A stretch of 45,718 bases of DNA. Source: Faecalimonas sp. (GTDB taxonomy: Bacteria; Bacillota; Clostridia; Lachnospirales; Lachnospiraceae). The notes below the pieces were generated by a model. It saw only the letters and a program-made list of their open reading frames with translations. It was not told where the DNA came from and did not search any database. Position numbers and translations under genes: made by a program. The DNA is taken from NCBI GenBank assembly GCA_045577115.1, contig JAZNHX010000216.1:1-45718 (forward strand), written 5' to 3'. Of the stretch, positions 8,901 to 18,650 are shown one piece after another; positions within the stretch are counted from its first letter, which is position 1, and each line of letters opens with the position of its first letter.

Positions 8901-9227
8901 ATGAGCGAACACACACATGATCACAACTGCGATTGCGGATGCAACGAAGAAGTAACTGTAACATTAACACTTGATAACGATGAAGTTATTGAATGTGCAG
9001 TTCTTACAATTTACAGTGTAGATGACAAAGAATATATTGCCCTCCTTCCATTAGACGAAGAAGGCGACAACGAAGAAGGAGACGTATTTATCTATCGCTA
9101 CGTTGAGACTAAAGACGGAGAACCAACTTTGGAAAACATCGAGGATGATGATGAGTACGAAGCAGCTGCTGACGCTTTTGACGAATGGCTTGATGAGCAA
9201 GAATTCGAAGATATGATTGAAGAATAA
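8901..9227 (+). CDS. DUF1292 family acidic protein
   Basis: His/Cys-rich N-terminus, KEYIALLP, LENIEDDDEYE; AAGGAG RBS. Confidence 0.85.
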   Translation: MSEHTHDHNCDCGCNEEVTVTLTLDNDEVIECAVLTIYSVDDKEYIALLPLDEEGDNEEGDVFIYRYVETKDGEPTLENIEDDDEYEAAADAFDEWLDEQEFEDMIEE

Positions 9228-9241
9228 GATGAACAAAGCAT

Positions 9242-9266
9242 GAGCCGGAGAATTACTCTCCGGCTC
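9242..9266. terminator. Hairpin terminator between DUF1292 and glpP
   Basis: GAGCCGGAGA-ATTAC-TCTCCGGCTC followed by TGTTTTTT. Confidence 0.7.
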
Positions 9267-9272
9267 TGTTTT

Positions 9273-9839
9273 TTAGATAAACCATATATCTTCATTTGTA
9301 GAGGAAATGCTGATGGCACCCGCTTGTAAGAGTGTCATAACATCTTCCTTCTCTGATACCAAACCACCTGCTATCACCGGGACAGACGACAGCTTGCACA
9401 CCTTAGAAACGATCTTCGGCATCAGCGCCGGGAGAACCTCTATGACATCCGGTTTTGCGGCTTTTGCCTGACGGTCAATATTTTCATAAGCCATAGAATC
9501 CAACAAGAAAACTCGCAAAATGGTATAGAAGTCAAGTTCCTTTGCACGCTTAATCAGATTCGGCTTTGTTGTGATAATACCATCTGCCTTGGTATATTTC
9601 TTCAAGAAATCAACTGTGATTTCCTTACTACTCAACCCAGAAATCAAATCAATATGAACCATTGCAAGCTTTCCGGCCTCTTTTACAGTAGCTACAATAT
9701 CAGGAATGGTGAGTATATCACCATATAAGATAAATATCACGCGACTTTCACTTGTGATACATTTTTGTAATCCTTTATCATCTTTAATTGCAACAATAAT
9801 TGGAGAATCCTCCAATGCTTCTTTGAATTCTTTTTTCAT
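9273..9839 (-). CDS. glpP: Glycerol-3-phosphate-responsive antiterminator
   Basis: PII.AIKD, VHIDLISGL, DGIITTK, RVFLLDS, PDVIEVLP and IAGGL motifs. Confidence 0.92.
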   Translation of the reverse strand: MKKEFKEALEDSPIIVAIKDDKGLQKCITSESRVIFILYGDILTIPDIVATVKEAGKLAMVHIDLISGLSSKEITVDFLKKYTKADGIITTKPNLIKRAKELDFYTILRVFLLDSMAYENIDRQAKAAKPDVIEVLPALMPKIVSKVCKLSSVPVIAGGLVSEKEDVMTLLQAGAISISSTNEDIWFI

Positions 9840-9872
9840 ACGTGTTTTCCATCCAAACTTTTTCTCGTTATA

Positions 9873-10238
9873 TTATAACGCAGAAACATTTCTTGCCGCA
9901 ACAATATTTACGCCTGTTTCGGCAACATTTTCAAGAACGACATCTCCAATCTTAATCGGTGCTGTGAGAACAACGCTTTTCAAAGCCTCTGCACAGGCAA
10001 AGATTTTGTTCTTCGGAATATCTGAAGCAGTCTTTACATTTACCATTGGGCAAGTTCCTCCTGTTACGCGCACGGTTGATGTGACGATTCTGGTTGGGTT
10101 CGTCACTTCTTTCTTCGCATAGATTGCACCCTTTGGACAAGTGTTGCCTTTTACTTCCATTACTTCATTCGCTTCCATTGTCACTGTAAGAGGACATCCT
10201 AGAGGACATCCAATACATGTCAATTCAATTGTATTCAT
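9873..10238 (-). CDS. DUF1667 CxxC small subunit (putative Fe-S/Zn binding)
   Basis: CIGCPLGC...GNTCPKG, PTRIVTSTV. Confidence 0.85.
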   Translation of the reverse strand: MNTIELTCIGCPLGCPLTVTMEANEVMEVKGNTCPKGAIYAKKEVTNPTRIVTSTVRVTGGTCPMVNVKTASDIPKNKIFACAEALKSVVLTAPIKIGDVVLENVAETGVNIVAARNVSAL

Positions 10239-10251
10239 TTTTCAATCCTCC

Positions 10252-11514
10252 TTATGCTTCCTCAATACGAATGGTTATTTTACGAACTTCCGGATATTCT
10301 GCAAGTTTTTTCTTCGTCAGAATCACTTGCTCCATCTCACCCGGAGCCATAACCGGACGTTTGCGTTTACTGATCAGTTCATCATCATAGTATGTTGCAA
10401 TTGCACAGTTCTTGTATACATCACCGACACGGAATCGAACAGTCAGGTTATCTTCCATTTCTTCCAGACGAACGTATTTTGGAACGGTATATCGCACACC
10501 ACCCTCGGCAGCAATCTCTACTCTCTTCGCATCTGCTTTCGTTCCGTTCTGAATATACTGTGCAGCATTCTTACCCGCTGCAGTCGCCTCCTGCGAAACG
10601 TAGTCAACAAGGTCATGAACGTGAAGTACATTACCACAGGCAAACACACCATCAATATTGGTCTCCAGATTATCACCTACAATAGGGCCTGAAGTAATTG
10701 GGTTTAAAGCAACTCCTGCACTCTTGCTGAGTTCGTTCTCCGGAATTAAACCGCATGAAAGAAGAAGTGTATCACACTCATAACGAATCTCAGTTCCCAG
10801 AATTGGTTTGCGGTCAGGACCCACTTCTGCGATAGTAACAGCTTCAACACGGTTTTTTCCTTCAATATCAACAACTGTATGACTTAATTTAAGCGGAATA
10901 CCGAAATCATCCAGACACTGAACGATGTTACGTTTTAAGCCTCCTGAGTATGGCATAAGCTCTGCAACTACTTTGACTTCAGCACCTTCCAATGTCATAC
11001 GTCTTGCCATGATAAGTCCAATATCACCGGAACCCAGGATAACAACCTTTTTACCCGGCATATAACCTTCCATGTTCACAAGTCGCTGAGCTGTACCCGC
11101 TGAGAACACACCTGCCGGACGGTAACCCGGAATATTCAGAGCACCTCTGGAACGTTCACGACATCCCATTGCAAGAATGACTGCTTTTGCTTGAATCTGG
11201 AACATACCATCTTCGCGGTTCATAGCTGTAACTGTTTTATCAGCGGAAATATCCATGACCATAGTGTTTAATTTATACTCGATGTTACGTTCCATTACCT
11301 GGTCTATAAAACGAGATGCGTATTCCGGTCCCGTCAGTTCCTCTTTGAAAGTGTGCAATCCGAACCCGTTATGAATACACTGGTTGAGAATTCCGCCAAG
11401 CTCTTTGTCTCTCTCTATCATTAAAATATTGTCTATACCGTTGTCTTTTGCGGCAACTGCAGCGGCAAGTCCGGCAGGACCACCGCCCACGATTACTAAA
11501 TCATATTGTTTCAT
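10252..11514 (-). CDS. NAD(P)/FAD-dependent oxidoreductase (G3P dehydrogenase partner subunit)
   Basis: GGGPAG, GGILNQCIHNGFG, AMGCRER, GSGDIG and GNVLHVHDLVD motifs. Confidence 0.88.
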   Translation of the reverse strand: MKQYDLVIVGGGPAGLAAAVAAKDNGIDNILMIERDKELGGILNQCIHNGFGLHTFKEELTGPEYASRFIDQVMERNIEYKLNTMVMDISADKTVTAMNREDGMFQIQAKAVILAMGCRERSRGALNIPGYRPAGVFSAGTAQRLVNMEGYMPGKKVVILGSGDIGLIMARRMTLEGAEVKVVAELMPYSGGLKRNIVQCLDDFGIPLKLSHTVVDIEGKNRVEAVTIAEVGPDRKPILGTEIRYECDTLLLSCGLIPENELSKSAGVALNPITSGPIVGDNLETNIDGVFACGNVLHVHDLVDYVSQEATAAGKNAAQYIQNGTKADAKRVEIAAEGGVRYTVPKYVRLEEMEDNLTVRFRVGDVYKNCAIATYYDDELISKRKRPVMAPGEMEQVILTKKKLAEYPEVRKITIRIEEA

Positions 11515-11529
11515 AGTCGCTCGTCCTCC

Positions 11530-12981
11530 TTAAACTTCTTTGTTGTAGCCGATGGCAATGTTACTTCTAACACCATTTTTCGTGATGTCAAACATGCTCA
11601 TTCCAAGTTCGCGTTCCAATATCTCCATCGTACGTGGTGAACAGAAGCCTGCCTGACAACGTCCCATACCTGCTCGTGTGCGGCGTTTTACTCCATCCAA
11701 TGAACGTGCACCTAATGGGCGGTGGATGGCATCTAATATTTCACCTTCGGAAATCATTTCACAACGGCAAATGATATTACCATACGCCGGTTGTTTTTGG
11801 ATTAAGGCATTGCGCTCTTCTAATGTCAGAGTCTCAGGATGAAGGATACCCGTTCTCTTCGCAATAAAATTCTCTTTTTCAGTAAGAGAAAGCATCTCTT
11901 TTACAAGACCAGCTACCATCTCTCCGATTGCCGGTGCAGATGTAAGTCCTGGCGATTCAACACCTGCCACATTTACAAATCCCTTCGCATCTTCTGCTTC
12001 ACCGATTACGAAATCATTCCCGTCTTCATGGGCACGAAGTCCAGCAAAAGAAGTAATTACTTGACGCATCGGTACATTTTTCACACTGAGTGCAGATGTT
12101 ACTGAAAGAGAGGCAAGACCGTCTCCTGTCGTATTGAGTGACTCCTTGTCTTCTACGTCAATAGCAGTAGGTCCCACAAGAAGATTGCCATGAACAGTTG
12201 GGGTTACAAGAACACCCTTACCCATCTTGGATGGGAGCTGGAATACCGTATGCTTCACATGTGTTCCCGCATCCTTATCCAGTAAGCAATACTCTCCTTT
12301 TCTTGCTGTGATATGAAGTTTACGCTCACTTACCATGTTGTTCAGTTCATCCGCGTAGACACCTGCAGCATTGATTACAACTTTTGCCTCGTAAGTTTCC
12401 ACTTCATTTGTATCTGTATGTAGTGTTTCGATGACATATCCATTTTCACTTTTTTGAATATGTTTTACTTCGGTATTCAAGAAGAAAGAAACACCGTTTA
12501 CATTCGCATTTTCTGCAAATGCCATTGTCATATGGAATGGACATACGATACCACCGGTCGGTGCATAGAGTGCACATGTCACATCGTCAGCCACGTTTGG
12601 TTCCATTTGAAGTAATTCCTCGCGTTCCACAATTCTACATCCTGGAACACCATTCACAACTGCCTTATTAAGTAATTCATCAAGACCACTTCTATCCTGA
12701 TCTTTTGTGCAGACAACGAGCGAACCGTTTCTTGTAAATGGAATATCTAATTCTTCTGAAATCGCATCCATCATTTCGTTACCACGAACATTAAGCTTCG
12801 CTTTGAGTGAATTCGGCTTTGCATCGAATCCGGCATGAATAATTGCACTGTTGGCTTTCGACGTACCGTTACACACGTCTTCTTCTTTTTCAATGACGCA
12901 GATGCTTGCTTGGTATCTTGACAATTCTCTTGCAATCGCACTTCCCACAACACCGGCACCAATGATTGCTACATCATACAT
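11530..12981 (-). CDS. glpA: FAD-dependent glycerol-3-phosphate dehydrogenase-like protein with C-terminal BFD-like [2Fe-2S] domain
   Basis: GAGVVG, SKANSAIIHAG, SPGLTSAPA, CRCE...GRCQAGFC. Start ATG 12981 with an AAGGAG RBS; glpP in the same operon. Confidence 0.8.
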   Translation of the reverse strand: MYDVAIIGAGVVGSAIARELSRYQASICVIEKEEDVCNGTSKANSAIIHAGFDAKPNSLKAKLNVRGNEMMDAISEELDIPFTRNGSLVVCTKDQDRSGLDELLNKAVVNGVPGCRIVEREELLQMEPNVADDVTCALYAPTGGIVCPFHMTMAFAENANVNGVSFFLNTEVKHIQKSENGYVIETLHTDTNEVETYEAKVVINAAGVYADELNNMVSERKLHITARKGEYCLLDKDAGTHVKHTVFQLPSKMGKGVLVTPTVHGNLLVGPTAIDVEDKESLNTTGDGLASLSVTSALSVKNVPMRQVITSFAGLRAHEDGNDFVIGEAEDAKGFVNVAGVESPGLTSAPAIGEMVAGLVKEMLSLTEKENFIAKRTGILHPETLTLEERNALIQKQPAYGNIICRCEMISEGEILDAIHRPLGARSLDGVKRRTRAGMGRCQAGFCSPRTMEILERELGMSMFDITKNGVRSNIAIGYNKEV

Positions 12982-13009
12982 TGTTTTGTTCTCCTTTTCC
13001 TTTGAAAAT

Positions 13010-13070
13010 AAAAAAGCAAGGTGAAACAAAGCGATTCCTATCGCTTTGCTATACCTTGCTCATATCTCTT
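13010..13070 (-). promoter_or_regulatory. Leader terminator, probable GlpP antitermination site
   Basis: Minus strand AGCAAGGT..CAAAGCGAT-AGGA-ATCGCTTTG..ACCTTGCT-TTTTT lies between the promoter and the first gene of a glpP-containing operon. Confidence 0.8.
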
Positions 13071-13096
13071 GGTATCATTATTTTATTTACTCGCAA

Positions 13097-13125
13097 ATCA
13101 TAACACAATGTGGAAGGATTTGCAA
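13097..13125 (-). promoter_or_regulatory. Sigma-A promoter of glp operon
   Basis: TTGCAA-17 bp-TATGAT with TG extension. Confidence 0.65.
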
Positions 13126-13148
13126 GTAGTTTTGATTTAATATTACAT

Positions 13149-14168
13149 TTACTTATTACATATGTCAAAAGATGGTCTCATATATTCACAAGTTCTTCGA
13201 GATAATCCACATCTGCCTGCAATATGCTTCCAATTCTCGTTTACGAGCAATTTTATGTCTTGCACATATCTCATTGCTTCATTTTTGTCAATACTAAAAT
13301 ATTTTGAAACATGGATTGCTAGTTCGAAAGAAATAGAATTATCATGCAGACTTACATTTAATGACAAACGATCTCCTTAAGGAACAGGGTTCACATCATA
13401 AAGAGGTGACAACCTCCATCCCTTCTTTGAAAGAATAAAACCATGATTTCTCAGGTGATCATCTGTATTCGAAACGGCCATATTAAAAACAATACGTTTC
13501 CACAATTCTTTTAAATCCTTCTCTGGTTCTGCTCCGCTGTTTACTTCATCATGTTTGGAAGGAAACTTTGCAATCCACAAATTCCCCTTTTCATCTTGCA
13601 CAGTTGCTTTTGGTCTCGCACCACCCAAGGAAGAACCAGGTGCTATTAATTGCTTCAACCACTTCTCTTCTAATCCACTTTCGTCCTGTTCAAACCCTAT
13701 ACTGGCAGCCTCCAATGCGCGAAGTGTTGTCCATGGCGGTGTTGCAAGGTCTTTTTCACTTGACAAAAATTCATCATTACCATCAGTTTTAAAGCGCAAT
13801 GCACCCATACGTGCTTTATCATACACTCCTAACAAAAAATCACTTTCCCCCAATGCTCTTGGCTTTCTATCTTCTTTGCGTGCTTGCACCGCTTCTCTTC
13901 GTTGCATTAAAAGTCGTCCCCATCTATCTGGACATGAATCAGCAAACACTCCGAACAATGTCTTGTCCATCGGGGCATACTGTCTGCCATTATACAACAT
14001 CAAATCCGGATCCAAAAAGTAATTAGCTGATTCTGTGACAAGCCAGGAAGTATCGTATTCAAATGCCAATTGATCTTTACCTCTAATGTAGGACACATAC
14101 ATTTTTCCTAATAAAACAGGCTCTGCTCCGCTCCAGTTTTCATATACATAAATTGTTTTTTCATTCAT
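13149..14168 (-). pseudogene. hipA: HipA-family kinase toxin pseudogene (internal deletion plus in-frame stop)
   Basis: HipA motifs DSCPDRWG, SLGGARPK, IAKFP, NTDDHLRNH, LSPLYDVNP. TAA at 13377-13379 is followed in frame by GDRLSLNV... to 13149. The central kinase segment appears missing. Confidence 0.8.
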
Positions 14169-14494
14169 TAATAATCACTACTCTCTTTTGGTGCACGTTT
14201 TCTTGTTACCAATGCTAAATCTTGCAACTTACGCCCAAACTCATCATCCTTAGCGACTAGTAGAAAATCCTTATCCATTCCGTTCAGTGCATGTAACACG
14301 GCCGCATACATTCCAATCGCCACAGATGGTGAACCTTTTTCAACAGACCATAAAGTTGCACGACTTATACCTGCACGTTCCGCGACTAATTCTGCAGATA
14401 ATTTTCTTCGAAGTCTTGCAAGTTTGATTTGTTCACCCATCTGTTCTAGCATCAATTCCGTTTGTGGCATAATTACAATTGTTTTTTTACTCAT
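14168..14494 (-). CDS. XRE/HTH antitoxin (HipB-like)
   Basis: GEQIKLARLRRKLSAELVAERAGISRATL..VEKG; stop overlaps the hipA start. ATG 14494 has an AAGGGG RBS. Confidence 0.85.
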   Translation of the reverse strand: MSKKTIVIMPQTELMLEQMGEQIKLARLRRKLSAELVAERAGISRATLWSVEKGSPSVAIGMYAAVLHALNGMDKDFLLVAKDDEFGRKLQDLALVTRKRAPKESSDY

Positions 14495-14599
14495 AAAATT
14501 ATCCCCTTTACTTCTATTATTATATACATAAATATGATTTTTTGTCAATTTTATTAAACATTATGTTTCTATTTCTATGTATATTATATGTAAAATTCA

Positions 14600-14623
14600 A
14601 GCCGGAGATACTTATCTCCGGCT
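14600..14623 (-). terminator. Hairpin downstream of hemW
   Basis: AGCCGGAGATA-CT-TATCTCCGGCT; U tract weak. Confidence 0.55.
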
Positions 14624-14642
14624 CACTTCTCACATTTATGAT

Positions 14643-15794
14643 TTAATTTAGAAACTCTGCAAAGACATAATTGCTGATATCAATTCCACGTCTGGTCAGC
14701 ATAATTCTTCCATCTCTTTTTTGTAGTAGTCCTTCTTTCAAAAGTTTTTCAATCTGGTGTCCATAACACTCTTCTATGTTCAAACAAAAATTTTCTGTAA
14801 ACTCTCTTTCCGAGATTCCTTCCATTTTTCGCAACCCCAAAAACATGAATTCTTCCATTTGCCCTTGTGTGGAAAGCACCTGTATATCTTCTTGGATTTT
14901 TTCAGGTTGCTTTGCTTCTTTGATATATCTTGCCAAATCTGCTGTATTGGAATATCTCGTGTTGTCAATCAGACTTGCTGAACCAAGTCCGATTCCAAGA
15001 TATTCTTTGCGCTCCCAATATCCCAGATTGTGCCTGCATTCTTTTCCTTCTTTTGCATAATTGGATATCTCATAGCGGTGATACCCTGCTGCTTTTAAAA
15101 GTTCTTCTGTGCGATAATATATCTTTCGCTCTTCTTCCTCGTCCGGTAAATCTTTTTCTCCCGGACAACCTTCACCATACACTTTTGCAAACGGAGTACC
15201 CTCTTCAACAATCAGACTGTAGGCAGAGATGTGTTCCGGATTCAGTTTGATGACATTCTGTAGTGTTTCTTCCCAACTTGCCAAAGTCTGTTTTGGAATT
15301 GCAGATATCAAGTCTACATTGATATTGTCAAACCCACACTCTCTCGCCAGTCTGAAACTTTCTAAGAATTCTTCGTAAGTGTGAATTCTACCGAGCAGTT
15401 TTAGTTCTTCATTGTTGGTAGATTGGAGACCAAAACTGATTCGATTGACACCACATGCACGGTAGGTTAGAAGTTTCTCTCTCGTAACAGTTCCCGGATT
15501 TGCCTCGATGGTAATCTCGGCATCTTGCTTGATTTGAAACACGTCATGTAATGTTTCCATCACTTGTTTTATTTGTGGTTCTTCCAAAACAGATGGTGTA
15601 CCTCCACCTATGAAGATAGAAATTACTTCATAACTTGATTTTGAACCATGTGCACGAATCTCGTCTAGCAAGCTTACTACATATTGTTCAATTGTCTTTT
15701 CATCCTGTGGACCCGAAAGGAAGTCACAATATACACATTTTTTGACGCAAAATGGGATGTGAATATAAATTTCAATTGGGGACGCTGTTTCCAC
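14643..15794 (-). CDS. hemW: Radical SAM heme chaperone HemW (HemN-like)
   Basis: YIHIPFCVKKCVYCDF, GGGTPS, YEISNY, HNLGYW; follows lepA. Probable GTG start at 15794. Confidence 0.88.
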   Translation of the reverse strand: METASPIEIYIHIPFCVKKCVYCDFLSGPQDEKTIEQYVVSLLDEIRAHGSKSSYEVISIFIGGGTPSVLEEPQIKQVMETLHDVFQIKQDAEITIEANPGTVTREKLLTYRACGVNRISFGLQSTNNEELKLLGRIHTYEEFLESFRLARECGFDNINVDLISAIPKQTLASWEETLQNVIKLNPEHISAYSLIVEEGTPFAKVYGEGCPGEKDLPDEEEERKIYYRTEELLKAAGYHRYEISNYAKEGKECRHNLGYWERKEYLGIGLGSASLIDNTRYSNTADLARYIKEAKQPEKIQEDIQVLSTQGQMEEFMFLGLRKMEGISEREFTENFCLNIEECYGHQIEKLLKEGLLQKRDGRIMLTRRGIDISNYVFAEFLN

Positions 15795-15813
15795 ATAACG
15801 TCCCCCCTCTTTC

Positions 15814-17631
15814 TTATTTCTTATCATCTAACTTCAACACACTCATGAATGCCTTCTGCGGAATCTCTACGTTTCCAATCTGGCGCATTCTCTTCTTTCC
15901 TTCTTTTTGTTTTTCGAGAAGCTTACGCTTACGGGAAATATCACCACCGTAACACTTCGCAAGCACATCCTTACGCACGGCCTTTACAGTCTCACGCGCA
16001 ATAACCTTGCTTCCGATTGCAGCCTGAATCGGAATCTCGAAGAGATGTCTTGGAATCTCATCTTTGAGCTTCTCACACATCTTACGTCCGCGCTCATAAG
16101 CACTTCCCGAGAAGACGATAAATGACAGCGCATCCACCTCTTCTTTGTTAATCAGAATATCCAATTTCACAAGCTCGGACTTCTCATAGCCAAGCATCTC
16201 ATAATCAAAGGATGCATACCCTCGCGAGCGTGACTTCAGTGCATCAAAGAAATCATAGATAATTTCATTGAGTGGCAAATGATAACGTAGCACCGCTCTC
16301 GTCTCCTCAATATATTCCATTCCCTGATAGATACCACGTCGTTCTTGGCAAAGGTCCATAATGGAACCGATAAACTCAGAAGTCACCATAATCTCTGCCT
16401 TCACCATAGGCTCTTCCATATAGTCAATCTCCGTAGGCTCTGGAAGGTTGGATGGATTGGTAAGTTCAATTACTTCACCGCTTGTCTTATGCACTTTATA
16501 TACTACACCCGGTGCAGTCGTTACAAGGTCTAAGTTGTACTCTCTCTCCAAACGCTCCTGAATAATTTCCAAATGTAAAAGTCCAAGGAAACCACATCGG
16601 AAACCAAAACCAAGTGCAATCGATGTCTCCGGTTCAAAATGCAAAGAAGCATCATTTAACTGTAATTTTTCCAATGCATCTCTGAGATCCTGATATTTGG
16701 CACCATCTGCTGGGTACATACCACAGTAAACCATTGGCTGTACCTTCTTATAACCCGGAAGTGGTGCAGCACACGGTCTGTCTGCATCCGTGATGGTATC
16801 ACCCACACGGGTATCCTTCACGTTCTTAAGACTGGCAGTAATATAACCTACCATACCTGCCGAGAGTTCCTCACATGGAATAAACTGACCGGCACCAAAG
16901 TATCCAACTTCAACTACCTCAGCTGTTGCACCTGTCGCCATCATCTTCATGTTAGTTCCTTTACGAACCGAACCTTCCTTAATACGACAAAATACAATTA
17001 CACCCTTATAGGAGTCATATACCGAGTCGAAAATCAACGCCTGAAGTGGTGCAGACGAATCCCCTGTCGGTGCCGGAATCTTCTCCACAATCTGCTCTAA
17101 TACTTCTTCGATATTGAGACCAACTTTTGCAGAGATACGAGGTGCGTCCTGTGCCTCAATTCCGATCACGTCTTCAATCTCTTCAATCACACGCTCCGGC
17201 TCCGCACTCGGCAAATCAATCTTATTAATAACCGGCATGACATCAAGGTCGTGGTCTAACGCCAGATATACATTTGCTAAGGTCTGCGCTTCCACACCCT
17301 GTGCCGCATCTACAACAAGAATTGCTCCATCGCATGCCGCCAGACTACGAGATACCTCATAATTGAAATCGACATGTCCCGGCGTATCAATCAGGTTGAA
17401 AATATACTCCTCACCATCATTTGCCTTGTATACGATACGCACTGCCTGCGCTTTAATTGTAATTCCACGTTCACGCTCAAGTTCCATATTGTCGAGCACC
17501 TGTGCCTGCATCTCTCGACTTGTGAGAAGACCTGTCTTCTCAATAATACGGTCTGCCAACGTTGACTTCCCATGGTCTATATGTGCAATAATACAAAAAT
17601 TTCTTATTTTCTTCTGATCAATTCCTGCCAT
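15814..17631 (-). CDS. lepA: Translation elongation factor 4
   Basis: [54 protein letters not shown]. Confidence 0.98.
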   Translation of the reverse strand: MAGIDQKKIRNFCIIAHIDHGKSTLADRIIEKTGLLTSREMQAQVLDNMELERERGITIKAQAVRIVYKANDGEEYIFNLIDTPGHVDFNYEVSRSLAACDGAILVVDAAQGVEAQTLANVYLALDHDLDVMPVINKIDLPSAEPERVIEEIEDVIGIEAQDAPRISAKVGLNIEEVLEQIVEKIPAPTGDSSAPLQALIFDSVYDSYKGVIVFCRIKEGSVRKGTNMKMMATGATAEVVEVGYFGAGQFIPCEELSAGMVGYITASLKNVKDTRVGDTITDADRPCAAPLPGYKKVQPMVYCGMYPADGAKYQDLRDALEKLQLNDASLHFEPETSIALGFGFRCGFLGLLHLEIIQERLEREYNLDLVTTAPGVVYKVHKTSGEVIELTNPSNLPEPTEIDYMEEPMVKAEIMVTSEFIGSIMDLCQERRGIYQGMEYIEETRAVLRYHLPLNEIIYDFFDALKSRSRGYASFDYEMLGYEKSELVKLDILINKEEVDALSFIVFSGSAYERGRKMCEKLKDEIPRHLFEIPIQAAIGSKVIARETVKAVRKDVLAKCYGGDISRKRKLLEKQKEGKKRMRQIGNVEIPQKAFMSVLKLDDKK

Positions 17632-17666
17632 GTTATTCCTCCCAAGTTCCTATCATCATTCTATTC

Positions 17667-18650
17667 TCAACGCTGAGACGAATATCTTACAATAAATAAT
17701 TCAACGCCAAGTGTGTCCGATAGTCTCCCGGTCTTCACACACTCTTCCGTCTCCACACTGTCTTCTATAATTTTTCTCAGTTCCTTCGTCTGAAATGCTT
17801 TCGCCTGCGTCTGATATTTTCCAACAACAAATGGACTTAAACCTGCCTTCTCAGCAATCTCCTTACGTCCATATCCCTTTTTGTCCATATCCTTCACTTC
17901 CAACAATAATTTAAACTGTCTTGCAAGTAAGAACAAAATACGCATTGGCGGCTCTTTGAGTGCCAGCAAATCATAATAATACTGTAGTGCCTTTTTCTGC
18001 TGTCTGTCTGCTACCGCATTTACCATATCAAAGATCTGATTCGTAATCTGCGTTGTACAGATGGCCTCTACATCTTCTATGGTAATACTGTCTCTATTCA
18101 TTGCATAACAAAATAGTTTTTCCAGTTCTTTTTGGATATTCTCCATATCTGTCCCTACTTTTGCGAGCAGATAACGAACCGTATTCTCACTGACATTCTT
18201 ACCCTCACGCTTCATTAAACCTGCAACCCAACGAATCAGCATCGACTCATCCTGTCTTCCAAGCTCCACAGCGCGCCCTTTGCTCTGAACTGCTTTGTAA
18301 AGTTTGTTGCGCTTGTCCACCTCTGTCTCAACAAAAATAATGGCGGTGGTATCCGGCATCTCCTTCAGATAATCTGCCAATTCCGAAGATGCACTTTTAA
18401 ACAGGCCAGTGTCCTCCATAATAATCAATCTGCGCTCTGCAAAGAACGGCAATGTCTCCGCTAAATCAATCACTTCATTGACATTGATGCCCTTGCCCTC
18501 ATAATAGGCATAGTTCATCGTGTCATCCGGCGAAAGCATGGCATTACGCAATTTTTCCTTATACTGCTTCTTCAAATATGCCTCTTCCCCATAAAGCAAA
18601 TACACGTTATTGAATTGTCCTGTTTTTAAATCCTCATTCAGACTCTTCAT
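17667..18650 (-). CDS. holA: DNA polymerase III delta subunit
   Basis: YLLYGEEAYL, TLPFFAERR, VDKRNKLYK, KTG; canonical position after comEC. Confidence 0.92.
   Translation of the reverse strand: MKSLNEDLKTGQFNNVYLLYGEEAYLKKQYKEKLRNAMLSPDDTMNYAYYEGKGINVNEVIDLAETLPFFAERRLIIMEDTGLFKSASSELADYLKEMPDTTAIIFVETEVDKRNKLYKAVQSKGRAVELGRQDESMLIRWVAGLMKREGKNVSENTVRYLLAKVGTDMENIQKELEKLFCYAMNRDSITIEDVEAICTTQITNQIFDMVNAVADRQQKKALQYYYDLLALKEPPMRILFLLARQFKLLLEVKDMDKKGYGRKEIAEKAGLSPFVVGKYQTQAKAFQTKELRKIIEDSVETEECVKTGRLSDTLGVELFIVRYSSQR

Noticed and set aside
13377-13379. Programmed read-through or recoding of the hipA stop
   Set aside because: TAA is the normal stop throughout the window and the gene also carries a large deletion; pseudogenisation or sequence error is simpler.
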